DNA from: an uncultured Oscillospiraceae bacterium
GTDB lineage: Bacteria > Bacillota > Clostridia > Oscillospirales > Oscillospiraceae
Assembly (NCBI GenBank): GCA_964422185.1
Contig: CAYRAG010000003.1
Span: 1 to 52,103, forward strand
Direction of reading: 5' to 3'
DNA length: 52,103 nt
The position numbers and the translations under genes were made by a program. Positions 1 to 9,710 of the stretch are shown piece by piece (position 1 is the stretch's first letter; each line of letters starts with the position of its first letter). The notes under the pieces are model-generated. The model ran no database searches and was not told the origin of the DNA. It saw only the letters and a program-made list of their open reading frames with translations.

Positions 1-1
1 G

Positions 2-334
2 GTGCTGAAGTTCTGGATCCACATCGACCCGGATACGCAGCTGCAGCGGTTTGAGATCCGGCAGAACACGCCGGAGAAGCAGTGGAAGATTACGGAGGAG
101 GACTGGCGCAACCGGGAGAAGTGGCCTTTGTACGAGGAGGCCGTCGAGGATATGCTGCAGAAGACCAGCACCACCTACGCTCCCTGGTATATCATAGAAT
201 CGGTGGATAAGAAGTATGCCAGGATTCGCACCCTTCAGATTGTGACCGACACGCTTGAGAAAGCGGTGGAAGAAAATATTGTCCGGGGGATGAGAAGCCA
301 ATGCCCGAAGAAGAAAGAAACGAACGACGAGTAA
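2..334 (+). CDS. ppk2: Polyphosphate kinase 2 family protein, C-terminal part (5' end outside window)
   Basis: ORF runs off the left edge. KFWIHIDPDTQLQRF...KQWKITEEDWRNREKW...APWYIIESVDKKYARI matches the conserved C-terminal region of PPK2 enzymes. Confidence 0.8.
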   Translation: MLKFWIHIDPDTQLQRFEIRQNTPEKQWKITEEDWRNREKWPLYEEAVEDMLQKTSTTYAPWYIIESVDKKYARIRTLQIVTDTLEKAVEENIVRGMRSQCPKKKETNDE

Positions 335-2499
335 TCCCGCAGGAGGGAAAGACGCCGGAGACGGCCGCGCCGCGAAACGAGGCGGCGGAAGGGGAGCCTC
401 AATGCTTTCTGGATCGGGAGCTGAGCTGGCTGCAGTTTAACCAGCGGGTGCTGTACCAGGCGGGGGATCCGGATACGCCGCTTCTGGAGCGGCTGAAGTT
501 CCTGGGAATATACAACTCCAATATGGAGGAGTTCTTCATGGTCCGGGTCGGCTCCCTGATTCACCGGGCGGTTCTGCTCCCGAACCAGCGGGATGAGAAG
601 ACGCAGATGACCGCCGCGGAGCAGCTGCCCAGAATTATGGAGCAGGTGACGGCGCAGAAGGAGATCCGCTTCCGGATCTACCGGGATCTGATCCGGGATC
701 TGAGAGCCGCGGGCATCGATGTGGTGGACTTCCGCAAGATCAGCAAGGCGGACGAGCTGCTGGCCAGAAAGTTTTTCGCGGAGATCCGGCCGCTGCTCTC
801 GCCCCGGGTGGTGGACGCGGAGCACCCGTTCCCGTTCATCGGGAACCGGGAGACCTGGGTGGTGTCTACCATCAAACGAAACGACAAGAGCGAGGAGCTG
901 CGGCTGGGCCTGGTGCCCGTCATGCGTGTCCCGCCCTACCGGGTCTGCGAGGTGGACGGCCGCCAGAAAGTGATTCTCACGGACATGATGGTGGCGTACT
1001 ACGCCAACCTGCTGTTTAAAAAGCAGGAGGTGACCCAGACGGTGCTCATCCGGGTCACCCGCAACGCGGATGTCTTCATCGGGGACAACCTGGAGTCGCT
1101 CAACGCGGATTTCCGTGCGTCCATGGAGAAGATGCTGCGCAAGCGCAAGCGCCAGCAGCCGGTGCGTCTGGTGTTCAGCGGGAAGCCGTCGTCCCGTCTG
1201 CGCGCCTACCTGGTGAAGGCGCTGAAGGTGCCGGAGGAGAATGTGTTCGTGCAGCGCACGCCGTTTGAGCTGTCTTTCGGCTCCGCGGTGAAGAAGAGCC
1301 CAGGCATGAAGTACGCGGAGCGCCAGCCGCAGCGCACGGTGCAGCTGAAGAAAGGGGAGTACCTGAGCTACCTGGAGAAGAAAGATCTGCTCCTGAGCTT
1401 CCCGTTCCAGAGTATGAAGCCGTTTGTGGAGCTGCTCTACGAGGCGGCGGACGACCCGGATGTGGTTTCCATCCAGATTACGCTGTACCGGCTGGCCGCG
1501 ACCAGCCAGGTGGCTGCCGCGCTGGCCCATGCCGCGGATCAGGGCAAGAGCGTGCTGTGCCTGCTGGAGCTGCGGGCGAGGTTTGACGAGCAGAACAACA
1601 TCGACTACTCCGAGGTGCTGGAGGACGCCGGATGCACGGTGATCTACGGGCTGCCGGACAAAAAGATCCACTCCAAGCTCTGCCTCATCACCCGGCAGAA
1701 GAACGGGAAAATCCAGTACTTTACCCAGGTGGGCACGGGCAACTACAACGAGATCACCAGCGAGCAGTATACGGATCTGTCCGTGATCACCTCCCGGGAT
1801 GCCGTGGGACGGGACGCCGCCCAGGTGTTCGAGTCCCTGTCCCTGGGCCAGATCCCCGGGGAGACGGCCGCGCTGTGGATCGCGCCCAACAGCTATAAAA
1901 ACCGGGTGCTGGATCTCATCGCGGAGGAGACGGCGAAAGGGCCGGACGGCAGGATCGTCATTAAGGTCAACTCGCTCAACGACATGGCGGTGATGCGCGC
2001 GCTCATCGCGGCGTCCCAGGCGGGGGTGAGCGTGGAGCTCTTCATCCGCGGGATCTGCTGCCTGCGGCCGGGGATCCCGGGGTATACCGATCACATCGCC
2101 ATCCGCAGCATTGTGGGCCGCTACCTGGAGCACTCCCGGATCTTCGCGTTCGGAGACGGGGAGCGTACGAGGATCTTCGTGGGCTCCGGCGACCTGCTCA
2201 ACCGGAACACCCAGCGCCGGGTGGAGGCGTTCATCGAGTGCGTCACCCCGGAGACGCGGGAGGGCGTGCTGCACATCCTGTCCGCGCTCCGGGAGGATCA
2301 GGAGCGCAGCTGGATCATGCAGCCGGACGGCACCTATGTGTGGGACAAGTCCGTCCCGGGCAGCGCCAGCCAGGATCGCCTGTACGATTATTTCTCCAGG
2401 CAGGTGGTCAAAAGCGAGCCGAAGCGGGAGGAGACCCCCGGCTTTTTCGCCAGACTGCGCAGGGCGTTCCGGGGCGGGGACAGGGCCCGGACGACCTGA
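301..2499 (+). CDS. ppk: Polyphosphate kinase 1
   Basis: 732-aa ORF with N-terminal FLDRELSWLQFNQRVL and two PLD-like HxK-type segments (KIHSKLCLI, YLEHSRIFAF). Length is typical of PPK1. It overlaps the ppk2 end by 34 nt. Confidence 0.93.
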   Translation: MPEEERNERRVIPQEGKTPETAAPRNEAAEGEPQCFLDRELSWLQFNQRVLYQAGDPDTPLLERLKFLGIYNSNMEEFFMVRVGSLIHRAVLLPNQRDEKTQMTAAEQLPRIMEQVTAQKEIRFRIYRDLIRDLRAAGIDVVDFRKISKADELLARKFFAEIRPLLSPRVVDAEHPFPFIGNRETWVVSTIKRNDKSEELRLGLVPVMRVPPYRVCEVDGRQKVILTDMMVAYYANLLFKKQEVTQTVLIRVTRNADVFIGDNLESLNADFRASMEKMLRKRKRQQPVRLVFSGKPSSRLRAYLVKALKVPEENVFVQRTPFELSFGSAVKKSPGMKYAERQPQRTVQLKKGEYLSYLEKKDLLLSFPFQSMKPFVELLYEAADDPDVVSIQITLYRLAATSQVAAALAHAADQGKSVLCLLELRARFDEQNNIDYSEVLEDAGCTVIYGLPDKKIHSKLCLITRQKNGKIQYFTQVGTGNYNEITSEQYTDLSVITSRDAVGRDAAQVFESLSLGQIPGETAALWIAPNSYKNRVLDLIAEETAKGPDGRIVIKVNSLNDMAVMRALIAASQAGVSVELFIRGICCLRPGIPGYTDHIAIRSIVGRYLEHSRIFAFGDGERTRIFVGSGDLLNRNTQRRVEAFIECVTPETREGVLHILSALREDQERSWIMQPDGTYVWDKSVPGSASQDRLYDYFSRQVVKSEPKREETPGFFARLRRAFRGGDRARTT

Positions 2500-2533
2500 G
2501 GCAGGCAGTCTGTGCTTCGGCCAGGAAAGACGC

Positions 2534-2566
2534 AAAAAAGGCACGGCGGAACGCCGTGCCTTTTTT
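2534..2566. terminator. Bidirectional intrinsic terminator between ppk1 and ferredoxin gene
   Basis: AAAAAAGGCACGGCG-gaa-CGCCGTGCCTTTTTT: perfect GC-rich stem flanked by an A-run and a T-run, between convergent genes. Confidence 0.85.
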
Positions 2567-2579
2567 GTGAATGTCTCGA

Positions 2580-2747
2580 TTAGCCCTCGCTGATCGCGCC
2601 GACGGGGCAGGTATCGGAGCAGGCGCCGCAGCTGATGCAGGCGTCACCGATCTCGTACTTGCCGTCGCCCTCTTTGATCGCACCTACGGGGCAGGTATCG
2701 GAGCAGGCGCCGCAGCTGATGCAGGCGTCACCGATTACATAGGCCAT
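2580..2747 (-). CDS. fdx: 2x[4Fe-4S] clostridial-type ferredoxin (55 aa)
   Basis: [24 protein letters not shown]...[22 protein letters not shown] carries two CxxCxxCxxxCP motifs. The ATG at 2747 has GGAGG 8 nt upstream. The longer tracked ORF (to 2828) has no SD. Confidence 0.92.
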   Translation of the reverse strand: MAYVIGDACISCGACSDTCPVGAIKEGDGKYEIGDACISCGACSDTCPVGAISEG

Positions 2748-2778
2748 TGGGAACACCTCCTGATAATATGTGTCATTC

Positions 2779-2806
2779 ATTGTACCACAACCGCGGGAAA
2801 AATCAA
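2779..2806 (-). promoter_or_regulatory. Candidate sigma-A promoter of ferredoxin gene
   Basis: Minus-strand TTGATT, 16-nt spacer, TG-n-TACAAT (extended -10), about 30 nt upstream of the fdx SD. Confidence 0.55.
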
Positions 2807-3180
2807 TGTAAAATTTTTTATCGGGCATGAAATTCCCGTATACCGCCTGGTGGGCGGATTCGGGGCGGCGCCTCGTGTCCGCCTGGTTCCTGCATAATTT
2901 CCGGATCGGTGTTTCATCCGGGTTCAGATTCCGTTCCGGAGGATTTTCCGGCGGTTCGGGAACATATTCCGGGCGAAATTCCCCCGGAAAGGGAAATTCC
3001 GGAGCTTAAAAGCACAAATCAGCGTAATCTGTACGCCGAAACGCCCCGGGGAGGAGCTGACCGGGTGGAACCGCCTGTGATCAGCGCTTCCGCGGGGATC
3101 GGGACATGCCGGTCTGGACGGGCAGGACGGCGCGGAAATTGATGTTTTTCCCTGGAAATTGAAATTTCAGCAAGTTTTTC

Positions 3181-3209
3181 TTGCAGTTTGGGGGAGGAGA
3201 GATTATAAT
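3181..3209 (+). promoter_or_regulatory. Candidate sigma-A promoter of putP
   Basis: TTGCAG, 17-nt spacer, TATAAT, 46 nt upstream of the putP ATG. Confidence 0.6.
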
Positions 3210-3254
3210 GTTCCAAAACGCACTTCTGATCGGTGCGCGGAAGGGAAGAGAGCT

Positions 3255-4793
3255 ATGACAACTGCGCAGTTTTGTATGATTGCCGCGATTATCGTCTACC
3301 TGATCGGCATGATCTATGTGGGATTCTATTTCAGCCGGAAAGGCGGGGCGTCCACCACGGACGAGTTCTACCTCGGCGGCAGGAGACTGGGTCCCATCGT
3401 CACGGCCATGAGCGCGGAGGCCTCGGACATGAGCAGCTGGCTGCTGATGGGCCTGCCCGGGCTGGCCTATCTGTCCGGCCTGGCGGAGCCGTTCTGGACG
3501 GCGCTGGGCCTGGCCATCGGCACCTACCTGAACTGGCTGATTGTGGCAAAGCGGCTGCGCCGCTATTCCGCCACGCTGGGCGCCATCACCATTCCGGACT
3601 TTTTCTCCAAGCGGTACAAGGATGACCGGTACGCGCTGTCCTGCATCGCGGCTGTGGTCATTCTGGTGTTCTTCGTCCCGTACACCGCCTCCGGCTTCAA
3701 GGCGGTGGGCACTCTGTTCAGCAGCCTGTTCGATGTGGACTACCATGTGGCCATGATTGTGGGCGCTGTCGTCATTATCGGGTACACCGTGCTGGGCGGG
3801 TTCCTCGCCGTGTCCACCACCGACCTGATCCAGTCCATCGTCATGTCGATTGCCCTGGTCGTCATCGTGGTGTTCGGGGTACAGCAGGCGGGCGGCTGGA
3901 GCGAGGTCGCGGCCAACGCCAGAGAGCTGCCCGGCTACCTGAATGTGACCCAGGGGTACAATGCCGCGGAAGGAGTGGCGGGCTCGTACGGTGCGCTGCC
4001 CATCGCGTCCACACTGGCCTGGGGCCTCGGCTACTTCGGAATGCCGCATATCCTGCTGCGGTTCATGGCCATCCGCGACGAGAAGGAACTGAAGATCTCC
4101 CGCCGCGTCGGCTCCATCTGGGTTGTCATCTCCATGGCGGTCGCCATCCTCATCGGCGTGGTCGGCTACAGCGTGTCGGTGAACGGCAAAATCCCGTTCT
4201 TCTCCAACAGCTCCGACTCGGAGACGGTGGTCATTCAGCTGGCCAATCTGCTCAGCAAGCACGGCATCTTTCTGGCTCTGATCGCCGGCGTGGTGCTGGC
4301 CGGCATCCTGGCGTGCACGATGTCCACCGCGGACTCCCAGCTGCTCACGGCGGCCTCCGCCGTGTCGAAGAACCTGGCGGAGGAATTCCTCGGCATCAAA
4401 CTCAGCGAGAAGCGCTCCATGATTCTCGCCCGCGGCACCGTGATTGTCATCGCCATTATCAGTGTGTTGCTGGCGTGGAATCCGGACAGCTCCGTGTTCC
4501 GCATCGTGTCTTTCGCGTGGGCCGGTTTCGGCGCCGCGTTCGGACCGCTGATGCTCTGCTCCCTGTTCTGGAAGCGGACGACCAAAGCGGGCGCTCTGGC
4601 CGGCATGGTCGTGGGCGGCGTGATGGTCTTCGTGTGGAAGTTCGGCGTGGCCAGACTGGGCGGCCTGTGGTCCATCTACGAGCTGCTGCCCGCGTTTATC
4701 TGCAGCCTGGTGGTCATCGTTGTGGTCAGCCTGCTGACCCCCGCGCCCGACAGGGAGATTGTGGATACTTTCGATTCCCTGTCCGGGAAATAA
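3255..4793 (+). CDS. putP: Sodium:proline symporter (SSS family)
   Basis: MTTAQF...YLGGRRLGPIVTAMSAEASDMSSWLLMGLPGLAY... is typical of PutP and multi-pass hydrophobic. The ATG at 3255 is preceded by AAGGGAAGAGAG. The tracked ORF start at 3159 lies upstream of the predicted promoter. Confidence 0.9.
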   Translation: MTTAQFCMIAAIIVYLIGMIYVGFYFSRKGGASTTDEFYLGGRRLGPIVTAMSAEASDMSSWLLMGLPGLAYLSGLAEPFWTALGLAIGTYLNWLIVAKRLRRYSATLGAITIPDFFSKRYKDDRYALSCIAAVVILVFFVPYTASGFKAVGTLFSSLFDVDYHVAMIVGAVVIIGYTVLGGFLAVSTTDLIQSIVMSIALVVIVVFGVQQAGGWSEVAANARELPGYLNVTQGYNAAEGVAGSYGALPIASTLAWGLGYFGMPHILLRFMAIRDEKELKISRRVGSIWVVISMAVAILIGVVGYSVSVNGKIPFFSNSSDSETVVIQLANLLSKHGIFLALIAGVVLAGILACTMSTADSQLLTAASAVSKNLAEEFLGIKLSEKRSMILARGTVIVIAIISVLLAWNPDSSVFRIVSFAWAGFGAAFGPLMLCSLFWKRTTKAGALAGMVVGGVMVFVWKFGVARLGGLWSIYELLPAFICSLVVIVVVSLLTPAPDREIVDTFDSLSGK

Positions 4794-4813
4794 GAGGACG
4801 ATGTGACAGAAAA

Positions 4814-4844
4814 GCCCGCGCCGGAGCAGCCGGCGCGGGTTTTG
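4814..4844 (+). terminator. Intrinsic terminator after putP
   Basis: GCCCGCGCCGG-agca-GCCGGCGCGGG followed by TTTTG. Confidence 0.8.
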
Positions 4845-4905
4845 CCTGCGGCACGCACGGCAGTGCGCTGTCTTTAAACGGAGGAAATCAGAGGGGGAGA
4901 ATCCT

Positions 4906-5745
4906 GTGAGACAATATCAGGTGGCCATGATTCAGATGGACAGCCGGGAGGACAAGGACGCCAACCTGGCGGCGGCAAAGGGGTTTGTGGAGACCGCGGC
5001 CCGGCGGGGCGCCAGGCTCATCGTCCTGCCGGAGACCACGAATTTCATCGGCAGGGGGTATTCCGCCGCGGCGGAGTCCATCCCGGACGGCAGAACCTGC
5101 CAGATGTTCCGCGAACTGGCTCAGAAGTACAGCGTCTGGATTGAGACGGGCAGCATGCCGGAGACGGTGGAGGGGGCCAAACCCCGGAACACCGCCGTGC
5201 TGATTGATCCCGCCGGCAGAGTGGTGTGCAAATACAGCAAGATGCACATGTTCGATGTGGTGATCGCCAACGGCCCAACCTATAAGGAGTCCGCGCACAA
5301 CACGGCCGGGGACGAGATTGTCATGGCGGACACGGAGCTGGGTATGCTGGGCTTTGCCGTCTGCTATGACCTGCGCTTCCCGGAGATGTTCCGGGTCATG
5401 GCGCTGGCGGGCGCGGAGCTGATCCTGGTGCCGACCAGCTTCACCATGAATACCGGCAAGGATCACTGGGAGCCGCTGATGCGGGCCAGGGCGATCGAAA
5501 ACGGCATCTTTATGGTGGGGCCCAGCCAGATCGGACAGAAGACCGGCATGAACGCCTACGGGAAGTCTCTGGCGGTGGATCCCTGGGGCAATGTCATCGC
5601 CAAGGCCAGCGACCGGCCCGGGATAACCATGGTGGACATCGACCTTGACCTGATCGACCAGACCAGGGAACAGGTGCCTTCCCTGACCAACCGCAGGGAG
5701 GACGCCTACACGCTGAGCAGCTCAAAGCTGCACATTTACAGGTGA
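4906..5745 (+). CDS. Carbon-nitrogen hydrolase (nitrilase superfamily) protein
   Basis: VAMIQMDS...ARLIVLPE (catalytic Glu context), KMHMFD (Lys), GFAVCYDLRFPE (Cys). GTG start with GGAGGAAATCAGAGGGGGAG upstream. Confidence 0.85.
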   Translation: MRQYQVAMIQMDSREDKDANLAAAKGFVETAARRGARLIVLPETTNFIGRGYSAAAESIPDGRTCQMFRELAQKYSVWIETGSMPETVEGAKPRNTAVLIDPAGRVVCKYSKMHMFDVVIANGPTYKESAHNTAGDEIVMADTELGMLGFAVCYDLRFPEMFRVMALAGAELILVPTSFTMNTGKDHWEPLMRARAIENGIFMVGPSQIGQKTGMNAYGKSLAVDPWGNVIAKASDRPGITMVDIDLDLIDQTREQVPSLTNRREDAYTLSSSKLHIYR

Positions 5746-5750
5746 ATGCC

Positions 5751-5801
5751 GGCCGCAGACGGAGGTGGAACTTTCCGCCTCTGCCTGCGGCCTGGTTTTT
5801 T
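5751..5801 (+). terminator. Intrinsic terminator after CN-hydrolase gene
   Basis: GGCCGCAGACGGAGG...CCTCTGCCTGCGGCC stem followed by TGGTTTTTT. Confidence 0.75.
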
Positions 5802-5927
5802 CCCTGTTTCCCGCGGCGGGCGCGGGAAAGTTTACATAATTCTTGTGGAAAGCACTGGAATTCCAGAGGAAAATGTGGTAAGATACCGCCTGACATGGTT
5901 TGATTTTCCAGAGGGGAGGGGAGCGTC

Positions 5928-6782
5928 GTGACCTATCTCATGTCGGTGATTCTCGGCGCGGTTCAGGGCGTGGCGGAGTTCCTGCCCATATCCAGCTCCG
6001 GGCATCTGGTGCTGCTCCAGCACTTTTTCGGGATGGCTGAGCCGGACGCCCTGTTTGATGTCCTGCTCCACTTTGCCACGCTCATCGCGGTGTGCGTGGT
6101 GTACTACCGGGATATCCTGGGGATGATCCGGGAGCTGATTGGCATCATCCGGGATGTGGCCACCGGCACGGTCAGTTACGAGGGCAGACCCCCGGAGGAT
6201 CGCCGGCTGATTTTGCTGATCATTGTGGGAACGCTGCCCCTGCTGGCGGTGCTGCCGTTCAGGGACAAAATCGAGTCTCTGGGCAACAGCGCGGTATTTG
6301 TCAGCTGTGCGCTGCTGGTGACGGGCTGTGTCCTGTTCCTGGCGGATCGGATGAAAAGAGGACGCAAGACGGCGATGAGCGCCACGCTGGCGGATGTGCT
6401 GCTGGTGGGGGTGGCGCAGGGGTTTGCCACGATCCCGGGCCTGTCCCGGTCCGGCTGCACCATCAGCGCGGGTATCGCCCGGGGCTTTGACCGCGGCTTC
6501 GCGGTTCGTTATTCTTTCCTGCTGTCTCTGCCCGCGGTTCTGGGCGCCACGCTGCTGGAGCTGGCGGATGTGGTGAAGGCGGGCGGAATTGACGCGGCTC
6601 TGCTGCCGAAGTACCTGGTGGGTATGGTGATTGCCGGCGTGGTGGGATACGCTTCCATCCGCCTGGTCAACCTGCTGGCGAAAAAGGGGAAGTTCGGCGT
6701 CTTTGCCTGGTACTGCTGGATTGCGGGTCTGGTGGCCCTCATCGCCAGTATCGCGGGATTCACCTTTGTGCCCGCTGCCTGA
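5928..6782 (+). CDS. uppP: Undecaprenyl-diphosphate phosphatase
   Basis: ILGAVQGVAEFLPISSSGHL and SRSG motifs, with an 8-TM-like profile as in the BacA/UppP family. GTG start after GGGGAGGGGAG. Confidence 0.92.
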   Translation: MTYLMSVILGAVQGVAEFLPISSSGHLVLLQHFFGMAEPDALFDVLLHFATLIAVCVVYYRDILGMIRELIGIIRDVATGTVSYEGRPPEDRRLILLIIVGTLPLLAVLPFRDKIESLGNSAVFVSCALLVTGCVLFLADRMKRGRKTAMSATLADVLLVGVAQGFATIPGLSRSGCTISAGIARGFDRGFAVRYSFLLSLPAVLGATLLELADVVKAGGIDAALLPKYLVGMVIAGVVGYASIRLVNLLAKKGKFGVFAWYCWIAGLVALIASIAGFTFVPAA

Positions 6783-6805
6783 TTTGCGAAAGGAACGAGT
6801 AGAGT

Positions 6806-9646
6806 ATGGCGACCACACAGAAGAAACCGGCTTCCGGAAGCGGCGGCGCCGCGCGGTCCCGGCAGAGCTCCGGCGGCAGCGGCGCGTCGGGCCGGAATAC
6901 AAGAAATGAGCCGGCGCGGAGCAGCGGCGCCCGGAACGATCAGAAGAAGAAACGCTCCCACGCCAGGGGAATTGGCGCGGCGGTCTGCCTGTTTCTGGCG
7001 TTCTTCGGCGCGTTCGGCTACTTTCCGGTCAGTGCGCTGTTCATCGATCTGTACTGCGGCCTGCTCAAGGGCCTGTTCGGGTACGGCTTCTGGCTGATCC
7101 CGCCCGCCCTGGTTCTCGCCGCGTATATCCTGCTCTTCAGCAGGGGACGCCCCGTCCGGCTGCGCCTGGTGTTCGGCCTGCTGGTTCCCGTGGTGATCGG
7201 GGCCATGCTCCACATGTTCCTGGCGGGCGACCTTGATCTGACAGCCAGTCCCCTGGCGGTGCTGTGGAATACGGGCAGGGAGATGAAGAGCGGCGGCGTG
7301 ATCTGCGGAGCCCTTGGATTTGGCTTTGCCAGAGCGTTTACGAAATTCGGCGCGACGGTGCTGTTCCTTCTCTGGGCGGCATTGATGCTGCTGACCGCGT
7401 TTAACCGCACTGTTCTGGATGTGGTTCGCTTTATCCGCAGCCGTGCGGTGTCCGATGACGGGGAGGAGGAACTGCCGGCGGAGGAGCCGAAGCCCCGCAG
7501 GAAGCAGAAAACCGCCCCGGCTCAGACGGCGCCGCCGCGGGAGACCCCGACGGGCGCGGCCCAGAGCCGGCGGAATATCGATATCCCCTTTGGCGAGGAG
7601 ACACAGCCCCGGCCCGCCGCCGCGGAGCCGGAACCGGTCCCGCAGCCGAAGCGGGAGGGCTTTTTCCGGAAACAGCCCGGCGTGCCCTCCCCGGATCAGG
7701 TGCTGGACAGGCGCCGGAAAGAGAGCCAGGCCCAGACGCCGGAACCGCCTGCCGGGGAGACGGAGCAGATTTCCGCCGCCCGGAGCGTGCGGGAGAGCGC
7801 CGGCGTCGTGACGGAGCCGCAGACGGTGGATTCCGCCCCGGCAGAGCCGGAGGAGACGGTTTCCGCCCCCGTCCCGGACTTCCCCAACGCGGGAATTGAG
7901 ATTACCCGGGAGCCCGCCGTGCCAAAGCCCGCCGGAAGAGCGCAGGCCGCCCCGGTTCGGACAGAGCCCGCCGCCCCGGAGGAGCCGGAGGAGGGGGACG
8001 CGGACAGCGCCGCCGCGGAGGTCTCCCGGGATCTGGAGAACGCCATGGCGAATCCGGAGGGGCCGCACTATCAGTACCCGCCGCTGTCTCTTCTGGAGGA
8101 GGGAAGCGGCGGCGACGCCGGCGAGGCGCTGGAGGAGCTGCGGGCCAACCAGCAGCGGCTCTCCGATACCATCCGCTCTTTCGGCATTGACGCCAGTATT
8201 GTCAATGTGACCAGAGGCCCCTCCGTCACGCGGTACGAGCTGGAGCTGGATCAGGGCGTCCGGCTCAACAAACTCACCGGTCTGGCGGACGACATCGCCC
8301 TCGCCCTGGGCGCCAGCGGCGTGCGGATCGCCCCCATCCCGGATCAGGTCTCCATGGTGGGCATCGAGGTACCCAACAAGCTCGTGGCCGCCGTCCATAT
8401 CCGGGAGGTCATCGGCTCCAGGGCGTTTTGCGACCACCGCTCCAAGGTGGCCTTCGCCGTGGGCAAGGACATCGCGGGCAACGCCATCGTGGGGGATATC
8501 GCCAAAATGCCCCACATGCTCATCGCCGGCACCACCGGATCCGGCAAGTCGGTCTGCACGAATTCCCTCATCGTCTCCCTGCTGTACAAGGCCACCCCGG
8601 AGGAAGTCCGCCTGATCATGGTGGATCCGAAGATGGTGGAGCTGAGTGTCTATAACGGGATCCCCCATCTGCTCATCCCGGTCGTCACGGATCCGAAAAA
8701 GGCCGCGGGCGCACTGCAGTGGGCGGTGACGGAGATGATGAAGCGCTACCGCACTTTCTCGGAGGTGGGGGTGCGCGACCTGCCCGCCTACAACGCGCTG
8801 GCGGGCAGAACAGAGGGCATGGATCGGATGCCGCAGGTGGTGGTGGTGATCGACGAGCTGGCCGACCTGATGATGGTCGCCGCCAAGGAGGTGGAGGAAT
8901 CCATCTGCCGGGTGGCGCAGATGGGCCGTGCCGCGGGCATGCACCTGGTCATCGCCACACAGCGTCCCTCCGCGGATGTCATTACCGGACTGATGAAGGC
9001 CAATATCCCCAGCCGCATCGCGTTCGCGGTCTCCTCCGCCATGGAGTCCCGCATCATTCTGGATACCCAGGGCGCGGAGAAACTGGTGGGCCGGGGCGAT
9101 ATGCTGTACTTCCCGCTGGGCTCCGGAAAGCCGCTGCGGGTGCAGGGCTGTCTCATCTCAGACCAGGAGGTCGCGGCGGTGGTGGACTTCGTGAAGCAGA
9201 GCGGCACCGCCGACTACTCCGACGAGATCATGTACGAGATCGAGAAGAACGCGGCGGAGAAAGACAAGAATCCCTCCAAGGGCGCCGCGGCTGCCGGGGA
9301 CGAGGGGGAGAGCGACTACGACGAGCTTCTGCCCGCCGCCATTGAGGTGGTGGTGGAGACCGGCCAGGCGTCCGTCTCCTTCCTCCAGCGCCGCCTGAAG
9401 CTCGGCTACTCCAGAGCGGCCAGACTGGTGGATCAGATGGAGGAGCAGGGGGTAGTGGGCCCCTTTGAGGGGTCTAAACCGCGCCAGCTGCTGATTACGA
9501 AAGAGCAGTGGCAGGAGATGAAATACCGCCAGAACCTGAGCGGCGCCATCCCCCGCGACGGGATGCCGGCGGCTGCGCCGGGGGATCCGGCGGTTTCCCC
9601 GGACGACTCCGCCCCGCAGCCGGGCCCGGGCGGCGATCCCGTCTGA
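6806..9646 (+). CDS. ftsK: DNA translocase FtsK/SpoIIIE
   Basis: N-terminal TM segments, a Pro/Ala/Glu-rich linker, a motor domain with Walker A (GTTGSGKS) and VVVIDELADLM, and a C-terminal gamma winged-helix (QASVSFLQRRLKLGYSRAARLVDQME). Confidence 0.95.
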   Translation: MATTQKKPASGSGGAARSRQSSGGSGASGRNTRNEPARSSGARNDQKKKRSHARGIGAAVCLFLAFFGAFGYFPVSALFIDLYCGLLKGLFGYGFWLIPPALVLAAYILLFSRGRPVRLRLVFGLLVPVVIGAMLHMFLAGDLDLTASPLAVLWNTGREMKSGGVICGALGFGFARAFTKFGATVLFLLWAALMLLTAFNRTVLDVVRFIRSRAVSDDGEEELPAEEPKPRRKQKTAPAQTAPPRETPTGAAQSRRNIDIPFGEETQPRPAAAEPEPVPQPKREGFFRKQPGVPSPDQVLDRRRKESQAQTPEPPAGETEQISAARSVRESAGVVTEPQTVDSAPAEPEETVSAPVPDFPNAGIEITREPAVPKPAGRAQAAPVRTEPAAPEEPEEGDADSAAAEVSRDLENAMANPEGPHYQYPPLSLLEEGSGGDAGEALEELRANQQRLSDTIRSFGIDASIVNVTRGPSVTRYELELDQGVRLNKLTGLADDIALALGASGVRIAPIPDQVSMVGIEVPNKLVAAVHIREVIGSRAFCDHRSKVAFAVGKDIAGNAIVGDIAKMPHMLIAGTTGSGKSVCTNSLIVSLLYKATPEEVRLIMVDPKMVELSVYNGIPHLLIPVVTDPKKAAGALQWAVTEMMKRYRTFSEVGVRDLPAYNALAGRTEGMDRMPQVVVVIDELADLMMVAAKEVEESICRVAQMGRAAGMHLVIATQRPSADVITGLMKANIPSRIAFAVSSAMESRIILDTQGAEKLVGRGDMLYFPLGSGKPLRVQGCLISDQEVAAVVDFVKQSGTADYSDEIMYEIEKNAAEKDKNPSKGAAAAGDEGESDYDELLPAAIEVVVETGQASVSFLQRRLKLGYSRAARLVDQMEEQGVVGPFEGSKPRQLLITKEQWQEMKYRQNLSGAIPRDGMPAAAPGDPAVSPDDSAPQPGPGGDPV

Positions 9647-9710
9647 CCGGCGGGGGAATTCCGCTGCCGGGGATGACCCGGAACCGGCCGTTCGGATCAA
9701 CGCAGGACAG

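Noticed and set aside
235-2544. 769-aa ORF antisense to ppk1. Similar giant antisense ORFs lie at 14555-16687 and 11983-13239.
   Set aside because: These are low-complexity Arg/Pro/Gly/His-rich translations typical of shadow frames in high-GC DNA. The opposite strand encodes clearly recognisable proteins, and there are no SDs.
2827-3142. Small ORFs (60 and 77 aa) across the TTCCGG motif region.
   Set aside because: They have no SD, and their Gly/Ser/Arg-rich translation is dictated by the repeated motif. They lie between two divergent promoters, so I treated the region as non-coding.
6509-8944. 811-aa ORF antisense to ftsK.
   Set aside because: Same reasoning: a GC-driven open shadow frame opposite an unmistakable FtsK/SpoIIIE gene.
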